A stretch of 64,000 nucleotides of DNA, taken from assembly GCA_965112155.1 (NCBI GenBank), contig OZ218104.1; one strand, given 5' to 3'. Positions 63,299 through 64,000 of this stretch are shown piece by piece (the first letter of the stretch is position 1; every line of letters begins with the position of its first letter). The translations under genes were made by a program, and so were the position numbers. The stretch comes from Podarcis liolepis (lineage: Eukaryota). Below the pieces are notes generated by a model. It worked only from the letters and a program-made list of their open reading frames with translations, made no database searches and had not been told where the DNA came from.

Positions 63299-64000
63299 AA
63301 CGTAGGGTATCTTCCCTTCATGTTGGATGGCCAGTTGCAAAAAGGGAAAGGGCTCGTGCACCTTTAATAGTTATGTGGAATGTGGAAATCTGGGGCTTCT
63401 GCACCTTTAATAATTGTGTGGAAGAGGAAATTTCAGCAGGTAATGCTTGCATGACAGGCTACGTACATCAACTGAAGTTCTCTCTTCTACACAATGATTA
63501 GAGGTGCAGGAGCCCTGTTTTGCATCTGGTTACCCTCCTGCCATGTGCATATGAATTGGCCCTGAATCACCAGAGTGGTTTCAGGGTTAGGCAGAATGCT
63601 GAGAAGTGCAGAACTGGTTAGGTGATCAAGAAACAGTCACTAAATGTGAGCTGCTAAATAGCTCTGATCTAAAAGCTTTAACGTCTCATTGCAAGCCCTA
63701 ATACTTGCACTCTCCAGCAGATATCATATTTATCAAACTTTGGTCACCTCCAGGCTCATAAAATTAAAATACATGGCTTCCCCCAAGAATCCTAGGAACT
63801 ATAGTTTGTTACAGACTCCCAGGAAGTGTGCTTTTGTAAAGGGGTAAACTACAATTCCCAGGATTCTTGGGGGAGGTAGTCCTGTGCTTTAAAAGCATGG
63901 CGCAGATGTGACCTTTCTTAATTCAATCCTAAGCAGCTCCTTAGGTTCCCCTTCCTTGCTCTAAGGGAATCTCACGTCTGGTGCAACGGTGAGTGGGCTG

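Noticed and set aside
1-64000. CRISPR arrays, operons or prokaryotic defence systems
   Set aside because: The sequence is clearly vertebrate nuclear DNA, and no repeat-spacer array was seen.

Overview
Vertebrate genomic DNA, most likely from a squamate (lacertid-type) lizard, judging by Sauria SINEs, tRNA-derived SINEs, CR1/L2/RTE LINE fragments and Tc1/mariner and hAT MITEs. The window holds most of the + strand AHDC1 (Gibbin) gene: one giant coding exon (20320-25374, stop 25329-25331), two predicted 3'UTR exons (28633-29421, 34930-~36385) and three small upstream exons (6860-6999, 7500-7671, 19362-19399). The mammalian start Met aligns to a Lys codon here. The three upstream exons splice in frame from an ATG at 6984, predicting a 1745-aa protein with about 101 extra N-terminal residues. 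A candidate 61-nt cassette exon (16977-17037) and two overlapping uORFs could regulate that reading frame. The window also has a young Penelope-like retroelement (RT C-terminus plus GIY-YIG, inverted pLTRs, 14-bp TSD) and a ~180-bp palindromic derivative of the same family, each carrying minimal hammerhead ribozyme motifs on both strands. Downstream of ~36.4 kb the sequence is repeat-rich with no other recognisable host gene. All splice models are predictions from sequence alone.
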